Shown: positions 50,201-62,229 of the stretch, piece after piece
Layout: each line of letters opens with the position of its first letter
Numbering within the stretch: position 1 is the stretch's first letter
DNA from: Octopus vulgaris
Taxonomy: Eukaryota
DNA: 64,000 nt
Direction: 5' to 3'
Assembly: GCA_951406725.2 (NCBI GenBank)
Contig: OX597823.1
Coordinates: 33,046,001-33,110,000, forward strand
Program-made: the position numbers and the translations under genes
The notes under the pieces: generated by a model
What the model saw: the letters and a program-made list of their open reading frames with translations, nothing else
Told to the model about the DNA's origin: nothing
Database searches by the model: none

Positions 50201-53200
50201 GTCATTGCTTCAGTGAGACCCAATTATGGCAGTATTGATCTGTCAAAATAGTTGTGGTTTTGTCAAATAGCAGTTGTCTACAATTGCTTTTGTTATGAGG
50301 TTTAGTACAAATTCCTTACATTAGGAAGAAAATGGTATTCACACACATTTTCGATACATTTTTCATCATTTTCTCAATTACTGAATAATTCAATGTTCAA
50401 CACTCTTGCTAAGTATTTTGTTATAAATTAGGATTACCTCAAGCCTTGTGAGTGTAAATGGGGAGGCGTTTTGGATGGGTCGTATATATTCTTGATGGTG
50501 GGGGTTAGTGTTTTAACATTCATGTGGTTCTTGGCTACCCTAATCTACTGTGTTGCAAACATTTGGACCAGACATTGTTTCTTGTTCCTTTTTTTTTTTT
50601 TTTACCTTTGGAGTCCCAGCAAAAATGTCATCGGTATAACCCCCTACTTTTTAGACTAAGCCATTAAAAAAAATTCACTTGTGTATTATCATTTTATGTC
50701 TGCTTTCTGTGCTGGCATGGGTTGGATAGATCATCACGGTTTAACTCTGTTCTCATTTGGTGCCACTACTCTTCTAAGATAAGTTAAAGAATTGTTTCAC
50801 TCCTTCATTCTTGGCTTGGTATTTATTAAGTCAATGCATTTACTCTTGCCATATACTTCGGTATATTGAGTGCATTTTGTTTTGCTACTAGCACTGGTTA
50901 GGTTGCCATGTCGTCTGCAAGACTAAATGACCATCTCAACTCAGTGATCATTTACCAGCTATTTTGTAGAGTATTGCACAGTGCCATTTTATCATGGCAA
51001 CAATCTTAGTGACATTGTCATGTAAAGCTAGAGTTGTCATTGCCCAATGATGTGTTCAAGTACTAAAGGTAAAGTCAGAGAAGGTAAATACAAGAGTGAC
51101 AGGAGAATCTAGAAAAGTGGGTGAAGATTGTAAAAGTATGTGTGGTGATCAGTGAGTGATGGATCTCAATAGCAAATGGCATGGGGAGAGTGAGTAATGA
51201 CTGATAGTACAGAAAAGTTGATGGAATGGTGAATTGGGTTCTTTTATTAGTTACTGAACAGCAAATGGAAGTGAGGGTGAGTGGAGATAAAGAGATAAAT
51301 GGGTAACAAAGACATGCAGGCTTGACAAGGACAGTTTAAGCAAGACTCAAATATGTGCGCACCCACTTTCCTTGGTCTCCCTTTTCAATGGATTCTATTC
51401 ACTTTGTCTGTTTGGCACTTATACATAGAGCTGCCATCTTCCATATGCATTACACACCAGTATCATTGCAGTCTTTCCTTTTGCACGTATTTTGATTCCT
51501 CTTTCATTCAGTTTTTCTCTAACCTCATTTGTACTCTGTGGTTCATGTGCCAGACATTGCACATCCAGTTGAATATGCTCACTTCATTTATTTCTAGTTT
51601 TTGCTGGTCCTCTGCATTCAGGGACCACATCTCCTAACTATGCAGTATTGTATCTGTACACAAGAGACAGTCTGCTTTTCACATTGAATGAGAATCCTTT
51701 TTTGTACCAACAGAAGTAGTAGCTTCCTGAATGTTTTCCAACCCATCTTTACTCTGGTTAATGTATGTTTTGAACACCCACTTCAACAGCTAAATTGATT
51801 ACCCATATTACTGAAGCTATCAATTAATTCTAGGTATTTTCTTTGTACCCTTAGTGTTTATTGTTCCTGTGCATGTCATATTTGAAGCCCATATTCTCCA
51901 GTAGCTCCTGTTCTATTATATTCTTTTATGCAGCCATAATTTGTACTAGGTGTACAATATTGAATTCTTACCTATTATTCTTTTACCTTAAGCAAGGCCA
52001 TTTTTCTGACAATAGTGTCCTGTCTCTTGATTTGAGGTTCAATTTCTGTCTGGAATGCTCTAAACCCCAAATTCATTTGTAAGAACTGTCACATTAGCAA
52101 ATAAAGGGACTGAGACCGAAGTCCTTGTAGTCTTCTGCTTGCATACTATAATCAATACTGATTACATCTTTGTGCATGGTTCATGTGGTCTTCAGTCATT
52201 GAAGAAGCTAGGGACAGAGAAAATTTGTGAAGGGCTTCCTCCACATCAACAAATGCTAGGTACCATGGTTTACTCCTGGTTAAACACTTCTGCAGTTGGC
52301 TCACTTGGGTGGCATAAAGATGAAATGTCTCATCTAAGCTAATTCTCTTCCTGATCAAGTGAGCTATGGCTGTTTCAGTAACTTTCAAAACCCAGTCTAT
52401 TAGTTTAATACTTATGAAATTTTCGATCTCTTTTGACCTTGTAGCAGTTAATATTTCCATGTTAATCATACAGTGTTACACCTTCCTGTATTGATTGTGC
52501 AAGTGACTACCCTGAACCCGACTCTGCCAGTTTTTAAGCATTTCAGCAATAATTGCTGATGGACCAGTAGCTTAATTTTCTCTCTCTCATTTTCCTTAGT
52601 ACACCATAACATGTCTCTTCCTTTCTAACAACTTGCTGCACCTCTCTGCTCCCTTTCCAATCTTTCCAACTCACTCTCTTAGCTTTGCTTTTGATGTTAG
52701 ACACAAGAAGGAATTCCATTTGAAATATAATTGGCAGATTGGGGAAAATCTGATGTCAGCTTACGAATGAAAACCAGGATAAAATTCAGTAATGTCATCA
52801 AGAATTTTATTGGTGCTTTTAAAGTAATTTTATTTCTCAATTCCCTTCTATATTGAGATAGTCTGGCCTCATTTTTGGTTGCAAAACTTGGTCTTGAGAC
52901 TAGGTGGAACATTTCATACAGGAACTCATCATCATCTACTACTAAACCATTGAGTTGAAAAGCTGCAGGTATGAGAGCCTGTATATCTCTCCTAGACACC
53001 TCATCTCTTAGTAATTATTAACTGCAGGTTATAAAACTAGTAGCCAAGTCTCATATGTAATACTAACTAAATTTAGTAAACAATTGCACTAGGAGCCTTG
53101 TGTCAGTCATGGACAAATGATAGCCTGTGTGACTTTCTGAAAGGCATGCCAATGTAAAATTACCTTGAATTTTTTTTTAGTAGTGTGGCTTGCATGATAA

Positions 53201-56200
53201 ACTGTACCTCCTGTAGCCTGCTTTTTGCAAAAGGTTGCTCATGCCTGCTTTATGTACTCACTCAATTTATTAGAATTGACAGTTAAATATTTCTCAAATT
53301 ACATCTTAATATCTCGGAGGTATTAACCTCAAATGAGGTTAGATGTTCTGGGTGATGGTCATAGCTGAAAAGGTGCAAAAGAATTCCTTTTACACTTAGG
53401 GAAACAATCCAAACTAATCAACAGCTGTTTTAATGTGGTTATTGCAGTTTTGAAGCATCTCTGCTACTTCTAATTTCACTTTTTGGTTTTTCTTACTTTT
53501 GGCACGTAATGTTGATAAAAACTGGCAGTAGTGTACTGAACAGTCTGCTTTTGATAAATTTTAATTGATGTAATTGTGATGATTTAATTTTATTTTCATC
53601 TTCAATAATTCTTTGTAGATTAATTGCTAGGAGTTCTAACCAGCTGGTGGTGATCATTGTTTTCCACAGACCAGTAAGCAGTTGTATTGCTTACATAATT
53701 GATAGGATTCATTAACTTACAATCTGATACTGGGTCCTTCATATGATCTGGAACAATGGTAGAAGTACTAAAGATGTGATCATTAGAAGCACTATCACCA
53801 CAAGATATTGAGAAATGCTCATTGACAAGCTGATTCTGTTGCAATTATTTTGGTAAAGGGTCTTTCGAATTTATGGGAGCAATGTTAAAAAAGATAAGGG
53901 TTTAAGTTGTAGCTACAGCATGCCCTAGAGAATAATCTACATTAAAACAACTAGTATTATTTTGCTGCGGGTTTAATAAAGTTTATCTTGGTGTAATCAC
54001 AAATGTTTCAAGTTAATTTTTAAAAGTCTTATTCTACTTTTTCTATATCAATTTTCGAATCCTGTTAGAAACTATGGTCCTGTTTAAAAGTTATAAAAAT
54101 ATAACTTGTATGAATGGGACGACACGAGGTACTTGGATGTAATGATTGTTGTACATGGTGAATGAGGTTTGGGGCTATTGTCATGTCATCTTCATTTTCC
54201 CAGGCAAGCTGAATACAAGTTAGTTGATTACACATTTGTGTTTTCACATAAATGGACAGGTTTCCAGTCTCAAAGCTGTATTTCTGTTCCACTTGGTGTC
54301 TGTAACTTAGAAGCTGCACAAATAATAATCAGAAAAATCATTCTGATATATACCACCTTCATCTCCATTAGTGTAATGAAGGTGATGTTACCATGTTGAT
54401 GTACATACTTCATCACTTATCCTGGCCAAGATTTCTTAAGAAAAAAGTCAAAGAAAATACTAAATAGGCTTTGCTTCTAAGTTCAACAGTTTTATAGGGT
54501 CCACAGCACTAATGTAAACATTGATGCAATGATCAACTGCATAACTCCGCTCTTGCTTAGAATCGATAGATTGTTGATGCATGCTGAGAATTCTGAAATA
54601 TTCAATTATTTTCTCCAAGTCCATGCTCTTATAAAATCATTAATAACGAAATCAATGAATAAGGACATCGGCAAATTCTAACTGCTTGAGGAATTAACCA
54701 CCGCGATTCTCAGAAAGAGAAAGAAAAAATTTCAAAGAAGTTCACTTAAATGTACAAGGTACAAACAGCAAATCTTCTAACAAGCAGTTCCTTGTGTTAT
54801 AAGACTAAATTTTCTCATACAGAAGAATGCTAAGTTCCGGTTTTTGACTCCAAACAACAATGCTATTTGAATTGTGTTTATGTGCAGTTCTGGACCTGGT
54901 GACAGTTGCATTGATTCACACTACAGGCCTTTAAGAGTTAAAGAGAATTGAAGTGAATTAACAACAGTTGTTGTGAGTTAAAATTCAGTTGTGAACCAAC
55001 TAGAAACTTAAAGCTTATGTTTTTTGTTTTCTATAAATTGATATTGAGTTAACAATACTTTTAGAACTGCCATTGTTTGACTACTTCAGTAGTTATCTAA
55101 CCAAAGGCTATTTGTGGAACCCTTATCATTCACATGGAGATATCTACCATCTATATGAAATATGGTCATGAAAGTGTCATCGTTGCCCATTATTCTTGGC
55201 ATTATTATATCTACTGGACATTTTAAATTTTTGTTACTATATTTCGACCATATCCTTCAATTGAATTTTAACATGAATTTAAATAGGTTTTGTAAAACAA
55301 CTATTTGAATTTTGTACAAAAATCCCTGTTTACAATGAATGAGATGGAATAAGTTGCAATTATGGTCTGTAATCAAGTTGCTTACATATATCGTGTTTAA
55401 CTTACACATGCAGTGTTGCTAAAATCTGTAGAATTATTCTATAATATAGTATTAAAATGTAATACTTCTAAGTGAGAGGTAAAGATAGCACAAAACTTTG
55501 AAATTTGTTAGTGTTTGAAGCAATTTATGTATATAATCCTTATTGGCCTCAAGAGACTGGATTCTACACCCAAAACGTTTTTCTTTGGTTTGGTGGGCAA
55601 AGCAGCATCTACTGTAACTGTAGAGATACATTCCTTATGAGAACAATTTACTCTCATAAGCAGAACTTGTTAGTATTTTTAAATAAGTCAAGAACAATGT
55701 AAATCTGATATTTAGAAGAAAATAATTTCTATTAAGATACTAAAAAATTCCTCTATTTTTTTTTTATGGTAAGATGTAAAGAAATGCACTCTGCAGAAAT
55801 ATTTCAATAGAATGTCCACTTGGATCTTTCTTCTGAGGTTAGAATTCTCAGTACAATCTTTTCTGTTTTATGTAGTTGGACTGGAATTAGTAAGGGGTAA
55901 CTCTCTGACTTTTCACTTTCCCACCAAAGTTTTTATGTGTATCCTGCCATTAATTCCATTGCTAAAACTTGCAGTTAGTTACATGACTTTTGAGCTCCTT
56001 TGTGGATTTACTTCAAAGTACCAAGTATTAGCTTATTGGATTAAAATGATTTCCACCACCAATATATCTGTTATGTTTACAATTAGTATCCTTTCTCTAT
56101 TCATATGATGGGGGAAGAGAAAATTCCAAATTATATATGTCCCATGTTTGGAATCACTTGTATGTTTCAGCAACTTCTAATTCCTGTGTCAGTTTGACTA

Positions 56201-59200
56201 GTGTTGCTTTCAAAATACAAAAATTGGTCTTAATTATTTGTATGGAATGGCTAAAATTTTGAAACCCTGTTGACCTACAACACTTTCTTTCCTCTACAAA
56301 CTGAGAACCAACAACAGTAACTTTTATCCAATTTAAGATCTTATTCCATTTTGTGGGTTTTCCTTGTTTATATTGTTGAAAACCTCCTGAGATTACAATT
56401 TAATTTGCATGTAACAGGTCCGGAAGTAGTCTTATAAATGTCATTATTTACTTTACCTGTATTCATGGTATCCTGGGAAAGTATTGTTGCAGTTTCACAC
56501 ACACCTCAAAAGTGTTCATGAATAAATTGGTTTCATTAAGAAAAAAAGTAATTCTTTCACTATCGTATTTAGAACACAAGGTCACAAATTTTGTTTTAGA
56601 TAATAAATTAGATACAATTTTTATCTTAAAATCTATTGTACCTACAAATAAATTCAGTGAAATGTAATTTTTTTTTTTTAACATTAACATATGAGATATA
56701 TTTAGCAGAGATAAATGATATGCAAAGCTGATATGTAGATGACAAAAATAGCAAATGGCATTGAGACATGAAGGAGCCATTTATTTATATTCTGTGTAGT
56801 GACCTGTCTTTGTAGCTAGAGGAAACCTTTGAATTGGAATCTACTAAAGTAAATTATCAATGAGTTTTAAGTCCCCAGGAAAAATTTTTTTTGGAAGATA
56901 GTTTAAAACTGGCCATTCTTTTCTCTTTGATGATCACTGTTAAAATTGTCCTCAGTATTGCAAATTGAAAGCTTGATTCAAATATCTCTATTTTGTTGAG
57001 TCATTTTTATAAAGGATGGAACATAAAAATATATAGAAAAAAGGGTGGAAAAGCAATTCAAGTGGCAACAAAAGTTGGATGTACAACAAATGTTTTACCC
57101 AGTGAAATAAAGAGTAACATATGTCTATTGATTTAAATATAAATAGGGAGGTAGTTTGCTAAAAAGGGTCAAGGAGTCTCTTGAAGTTGAAGCTAATATA
57201 GTTCACAAATATTAATTATTGCTGCAGGACTACTTTTTGGTCAAAAACCATTTATCATAGTCCATTACTTTGAGAGATCAGCTAGAACTAGTGAACAATA
57301 CACATAGACATCATTGTTTAATGTCCGTTTTCCATGCTGGCATGGGTTGGACAGTTCGACTGGGGCCTGGAAAGCCAGGAGGCTTGCACCAGTCTGATCT
57401 GACAATGTTTCTACAGCTGGATTCCCTTCCTAATGCCAACCACTCCGAGAGTGTAGTGGGTGCTTTTTACATGCCAGAGGGGACTGGCATCAACCATGAT
57501 TGGATGGTGCTTTTTATGTGCCACTGGCACAGGGACCGTAACTACAGTTTCCATTTCATTTTGATGTTGATGTACTTGACTCAGTAGGTCTCCTCAAACA
57601 TGGTATGTTGTCCTATGATCCAAAGGTCACTGTTTATGAAATTCTTTTCATTTTGCACCGGTAAACTTGATGCTTTAGTACAATATTCTTGGCCAAAGAC
57701 ATCATACTGCCATGTGTATGGCTTCAACATTTTGAATTTTAACCAAAATATTGAGTTGATGCAATTAGCACAAAGTAAATGCTGTTACAAAAATATTGCA
57801 ATAATTCGAAGGTGACTTTAAAGCATTTACCATGACCCTATAGTGTTGATATACGTGCTAAAATTAGCATTGTCTGTAGAAACATCAGCTGTATTGACCC
57901 AACTGGAATATATAGGTAACAATCTGAGAGAGTAACACTTATATATTTGTGATTCAGATTTTATGATTGTGCTATCATCATCATCACTTAGCGTCTGCTT
58001 TCCATGCTGGCATGGGTTAGATGGTTTGACTGAAACTGGTAAGCTGGAGAGCTGTACCAAGTTCCAATCTGATTTGGCATGGTTTCTATGGCTGGATGCC
58101 CTTCCTAATGCCAGCCACTACAAGAGTAAAGTTGGTGCCTTTTAGATGTTACTGGCACTGGCCACAACTATGATTTCACTTGCCTTGATGAGTCTTCTCA
58201 AGCACAGCAAATTACCAAAGGTCTTAATCACCTGTCATCACCTCTGTGAGACCCAACTTTCCAAGATCATGCTTCACCACCTTGTCCCATGTCTTCCTGG
58301 GTCAACCTCTTCCACAGGTTCCATCCACAGATGGGAACTTCTTTACATAGCTGTCCTTATCCATTTGCATTAAAAAAAAAACATACCAGCACAGTCTTCT
58401 CTCTTGCACACCACATTGGATTCCTCTTATGCTCAATTTCTCTCTGAAGACACACTTGGTCTTACATGCACAGACATTGCGCATCCAGCAAATCATACTA
58501 GCTTCATTTCTTTCAAGTCTTTGCATGTTCTCTGCAGTCACAGCCTATGTTTAACTGCTGTTCACACACAGGCATCATACAATCTGCCTGCAACTCTGAA
58601 TGAGAGGCCCTTTGTTATCAACAAAGGTAGAAGCTCACAGAACTTTGCCCAGCCTATTCTTATTCTAGCAGCTATGCTCTTGAGGCATCCACCTCCACTG
58701 CTGATTTGATCACCCAGATAACAGAACCTATCTACTACTTCTAAGTATCCTTCTGGCATTTGATGAAGCCTATTTTCTGTACAATTCTAGTGTTTATTGT
58801 ATCTATACAGCTGCCATACACAAAAACTTTATCCTGTTCCCTTTCCTCTGATATTGCTGCACCTCTTGTGCGTCCATGCTCTGCACTGGGTACATCATAT
58901 GAAGTTTCTACTTATGCTTTTACATATGAAACATGACCATCTTTCTGAAGGGGCTTTGGTCTTTGCTAAATTAACTCTAAGGCCCTTTGATTCCAGACCT
59001 TGTTCTGGTAGTGATTTGGATATAAGAAAAGGTTATCAGCATACAGGATCTCCCAAGGGCAGCCTGTCTTAAATTCCTGTTATTGCCTGAAGGACTATGA
59101 TGAACAGAAGGGGACTGAAGAGCGATCCTTGGTGAACTACTACTAGTACACTGAATTTGCTGCTGTACATGTTACCAACCCTCTCCTTATGGTATTCCTG

Positions 59201-62200
59201 TACATGACTTGTATAGCTCTTACCAGCCACTCCTCTACCCTTAGTTTCTGCATTGACCACCAGCTGAAAGAGCAGGGGACACTGTCAAAGGGATATAACA
59301 TCAGCAGTGCTTCTCCCTGGCACAAAAACCAAACCTAATTAGGTGAACCTTTTCTGTAACTTTCATCACCTGATCCAACCTTTCTTTATAAAATTTCATG
59401 ACCGAGTAGTGGTTAAGGAATTCACTTCTAAACCATGTATCTGGTTAGGATTTGGTCCCATCAAATGAACATAACTAATATTCTCTGCTATAACCACAGG
59501 CTGATGAAAACAGGAATGAGTTGCTGGAAACTGAAGAAGCTCTATGTGAGTGAATGTATGTGAGAGAATGAGTTAATATTTCTCCTCATCTTCATGTGTG
59601 TTTGTTTGTGAACAAGACATTACTATTTGCTTGTTGTTCACTTTGAACTTACGCCTGGATATCTTCACTTGTTGCATGATCTTTAGTATCATTTGTTCCC
59701 AGTCTTTTGTGTAACTATATTTGTGCTGTTCCATGATCTATAGATTAGATGAATATAACATTGCTTGGAAACTGGCGGTGAGAGTTGAGATCAGGATCTG
59801 GCTGTAGAAAACTTGTCTGGTGCATGCAAGCATGAAAAATGTTGGAAGTGACAATGAAGATAGGAATTCTTAAATGTTTCCAAGACGACTAAATATATAA
59901 ACTTTTTTTTTATTTTTAAATGGCACATGGCTAGACAACCACGCAAGCTTTTTTTTCTCTCTCTCAGGTGATTTAAATTACTGAGAGAAAATAGTCTTTC
60001 CATGGAAATGATTGGTAATGACAAGACTGCATTAGTTGGAATTTCTTAAATAAAATTCAATGCAGTGTTAGCTGTCAAGGTAATGTGGAAAAGAAAGCTT
60101 CAAAAATTTGTTAGAAATTGGATATTGCTTTTAGCATTCAGATTATTCTGTCAAATATATTCATTCACATTGTTTTGAATTAATCAAGGATTCCCTTGTG
60201 GCTTAGAGATTTTCATGTTGCAATTATTTTTAGAATGACAATGTCAAGGAGGTGTGAGGAGCCTGGTTTGAACAGGAAGCAGGTAGAATATTTTGACTGG
60301 ATATGGCTGGTTTAAATGCTAGGGGATTAAACCACACCATATGGTTGATTTATTAGATATTTGGATGATGTATATATGTTTTAAAATTTTTTCTTAGCTG
60401 TATACATTTTTTCACTATTTGTCAAAATTGTATTAAATGGCTATCATCACAGCAATTTTACTTAATTAAAACAAACGATAAAACACTTCATCCTTTAAGC
60501 TTTTCCTTCAGATATTTCAAACCAAGATAATGTTTTAAATTCTAATTACTATAAAAGTTAGTTCATACATAAATCTATGGCGGCTTTTGTCTCCAACCTA
60601 ATAAGAAAAATTAACTTGAATTGTAAAATTATTAAAATTTTATGTAAAATATCGCGTTGTCAAGAAAAAGACAAAAAAGCAGAATGGTATAATATGTATT
60701 TTCAATTGAACTAGAGGGCGTATAATGAAACGGTTTATGCATTAAAGTAAAATATATTGAGTACCAAAATTTACCAGGGTTTCAAAAATAAAAATAAAAT
60801 TCACACTAATTATGCAAAATTTCCCCCCAATTCCCTTACAAATTTAAAGTTAGTTAAAAATTTATATCGATGGCAATTTTTTTATTAATCTAAGCCTTAA
60901 ATATTTTCAAGCTAGTGGACTTCATACTAATTTCAAAATGGTGCATTCTGTGATTTAAAGAAAGAACTGGGAAAATCTGAAACAGTTGCAATGTTTAATT
61001 GGTTTGACCAGCATCAGAATTTTCCATCTCATTTGATGTCTGTTTTCCATGGGAAAGCAATAAAATAGTTCATGGGTTACAATTTTTTTTTGGAGATATT
61101 TTGAAATTGGCTGTCAGCATTAAATGATTTGTTTTAGGGGTGTGACATTTTGAGGTTTAATGGCTTACTCGGCAATTTAACAGATTTGTCAAAATGTGTT
61201 GTACAATAGACACTGCCTCATGTTTAAACTGTTGACCTTCATTTTTCTCTCTAGGATGGTATCCAGCCAATGTGGGAAGATGAGCAGAACCAACGAGGTG
61301 GTAGATGGGTTATTAATCTTAACAGGCAACAGAGACCTTCAGAATTGGATCATTTATGGCAGGAAACGGTAAAATTTTTCACTTTCAATTTTCTTTCCTA
61401 AATTGTTGATTTTTATATTTTTAATTGATTCACTAAATTGGTTTTGTGGTTGTATAACGAGGAGGGGGGTATGAAAAAATTTTTTTTCCTCAAATATTTT
61501 GTATTTATTTCATTTATAAAGTTACTGTGTCTGATTGGTGAGGCTTTTGATGAAATGAGCTACATTGTATGTGGGGCTGTTGTTAGTGTCCGTGCCAAAG
61601 GTAACAAATTGGGGCTGTGGACAAGAGATGCAGGCAATGGTGATGCAAATATTAAAATTGGGTGAGTAGCATGAATATTTCTTATTAACATAATCATTCT
61701 GAATATCAGTTCTGTTGAGATACTTTGTAAACGTTTGGAATGTTTGTTTTTCTGCATATTTTGATAACCTCAAATGTTACCATTTCTAAACTAAAATAAC
61801 ATAAGCTACTTTAAATAATTCTAAATCCTCACATTAGTCAATGTTAGTCCAACAGTTCTAACTGCCAATTGCTGCTTGCCACCATTTGTCATTGTGGTAG
61901 ATCTGTTACTGACCCTCTTTTAAAAATTTTTTCTTAACAGACAGAAATTGAAAGAGAGACTTCATATACCACAAAAAATTTCTATAGGATACCAGGTAAT
62001 TAGATATTTGTTTTTAAATGAATTTAACTAAAAAAATACTCCAAGTTATATTTTGCCCTTGTAGATTTTAAATGTCTATGTATTCTAGTTAATTTGCCTT
62101 AATATTTGATTATTAATTACAGAAAATTATTAGGTTTCACTTATTTCTTTGTTCTTACCTGATTTGTAGGTGCATGAAGACACATCGAAAAAATCTGGAT

Positions 62201-62229
62201 CTACAGCTCGTGACCGTTACACTTTATAG
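35228..62229 (+). CDS. eIF4E: Eukaryotic translation initiation factor 4E, class I (spliced, 7 coding exons, 219 aa)
   Basis: Manual splice reconstruction gives MASEQVEERE|ENRQ...IKHPLQFKWALWFYKNDKTKNWVSNLKLVTTFDTVEDFWS|LYNHV...CDYSMFK|DGIQPMWEDEQNQRGGRW...HLWQET|LLCLIGEAF...VRAKGNKLGLWT...IG|QKLKERL...IGYQ|VHEDTSKKSGSTARDRYTL*. All 8 conserved Trp are present (including the W43/W56 equivalents that define class I), plus cap-binding WE, R112/R157/K162 equivalents and the KSGST (S209) motif. All introns are GT-AG with matching phases. Confidence 0.97.
38631..39018. mobile_element. MITE with GG termini and 8-bp TSD (Merlin-like) in eIF4E intron 1
   Basis: TIRs GGATCTTTTCGGTTTGAACTGCAGTTTTT / AAAAACTGCCGTTCAAACCGAAAAGATCC; TSD ATCACTTC at 38623-38630 and 39019-39026. 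Confidence 0.85.
40307..40503 (+). CDS. eIF4E: eIF4E coding exon 2 (ENRQ...HPLQFKWALWFY...VEDFWS)
   Basis: Acceptor ttttctaacaatag|, donor TC|GTAAGT; 197 nt, ends in phase 2. Confidence 0.96.
40606..40669 (+). CDS. eIF4E: eIF4E coding exon 3 (LYNHVQRASKIPYGCDYSMFK)
   Basis: Long poly-T tract plus ttttcag|, donor AAG|GTAAGC; 64 nt. Confidence 0.97.
41298..42848 (-). mobile_element. RTE LINE 3' fragment in eIF4E intron 3 (antisense to the gene)
   Basis: Co-linear with 10177-11870; interrupted by a SINE. Confidence 0.9.
42146..42360 (-). mobile_element. SINE (family of 3276-3507) nested in the RTE
   Basis: Core GACCCCGAAAGGATGAAAGG; flanking repeat TCTATTCTTATT at 42134-42145 and 42366-42377. 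Confidence 0.85.
43048..43137 (+). ncRNA. Minimal type I hammerhead ribozyme motif (Penelope-type), sense in eIF4E intron 3
   Basis: CTGAAGA (43053-43059), 9-bp stem II AGAAAATAT/ATATTTTCT, GAAA (43121-43124), C-AGCT-G palindromic stem III, GTA triplet (43130-43132); stem I GAACC/GATTT is imperfect. Confidence 0.7.
44795..45478 (-). mobile_element. RTE 3' UTR fragment, interrupted by a MITE
   Basis: Family sequence; resumes after the MITE (compare the empty site near 50090-50125). Confidence 0.75.
45182..45402. mobile_element. piggyBac-type MITE (second family)
   Basis: TTAA TSD at 45178-45181 and 45403-45406; TIRs CCCTTTAG / CTAAAGGG. Confidence 0.88.
48070..48850 (-). mobile_element. Highly decayed mariner transposase remnant
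   Basis: Minus-strand fragments IIEAD...TQEVAEE, KKVMAIVWW...GKYC-EINKMHQKL. Confidence 0.7.
48859..49240 (+). mobile_element. tRNA-derived SINE (family of 8815-9210), full length
   Basis: Co-linear with 8815-9210. Confidence 0.85.
49715..50222 (-). mobile_element. RTE 3' UTR fragment
   Basis: Family sequence. Confidence 0.8.
51350..52620 (-). mobile_element. Old, highly decayed RTE LINE fragment
   Basis: IKLIDWVLKVTE...LIRKRISLDE, SKPWYLAFVDVEEA. Confidence 0.7.
57310..57632 (-). mobile_element. RTE 3' UTR fragment
   Basis: Family sequence. Confidence 0.8.
57975..59380 (-). mobile_element. RTE LINE fragment (RT to 3' UTR), antisense in intron 3
   Basis: VHQGSLFSPLLFIIVLQAIT, LEVVDRFCYLGD, GWAKFCELLPLL, RRLCWY. 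Confidence 0.88.
60127..60330. mobile_element. Decayed MITE related to 45182-45402 (opposite orientation)
   Basis: TTTAGCATTCAGATTATTCTGTCAAA...GGATATGGCTGGTTTAAATGCTAGGGGATTAA. Confidence 0.6.
61255..61368 (+). CDS. eIF4E: eIF4E coding exon 4 (DGIQPMWED...HLWQET)
   Basis: Acceptor tttttctctctag|, donor ACG|GTAAAA; 114 nt. Confidence 0.97.
61522..61661 (+). CDS. eIF4E: eIF4E coding exon 5 (LLCLIGEAF...GLWTRD...IKIG)
   Basis: Acceptor tttataaag|, donor GG|GTGAGT; 140 nt; overlaps supplied ORF 61438..61665. Confidence 0.96.
61941..61995 (+). CDS. eIF4E: eIF4E coding exon 6 (QKLKERLHIPQKISIGYQ)
   Basis: Acceptor ttttttcttaacag|, donor CAG|GTAATT; 55 nt. Confidence 0.95.
62170..62229 (+). CDS. 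eIF4E: eIF4E coding exon 7 (VHEDTSKKSGSTARDRYTL*)
   Basis: Acceptor gatttgtag|, KSGST motif, TAG stop at 62227-62229. Confidence 0.95.
   Translation: MHEDTSKKSGSTARDRYTL

Noticed and set aside
59495-59540. CTGATGA...GAAAC hammerhead-like match
   Set aside because: No proper stem II or III and no NUH; it lies in a decayed SINE whose consensus reads GACCAAAGCC...GGAAACTG, so this is a chance match.
61438-61665. 75-aa ORF as a standalone gene
   Set aside because: It is intron read-through into eIF4E exon 5 (true acceptor at 61521/61522).
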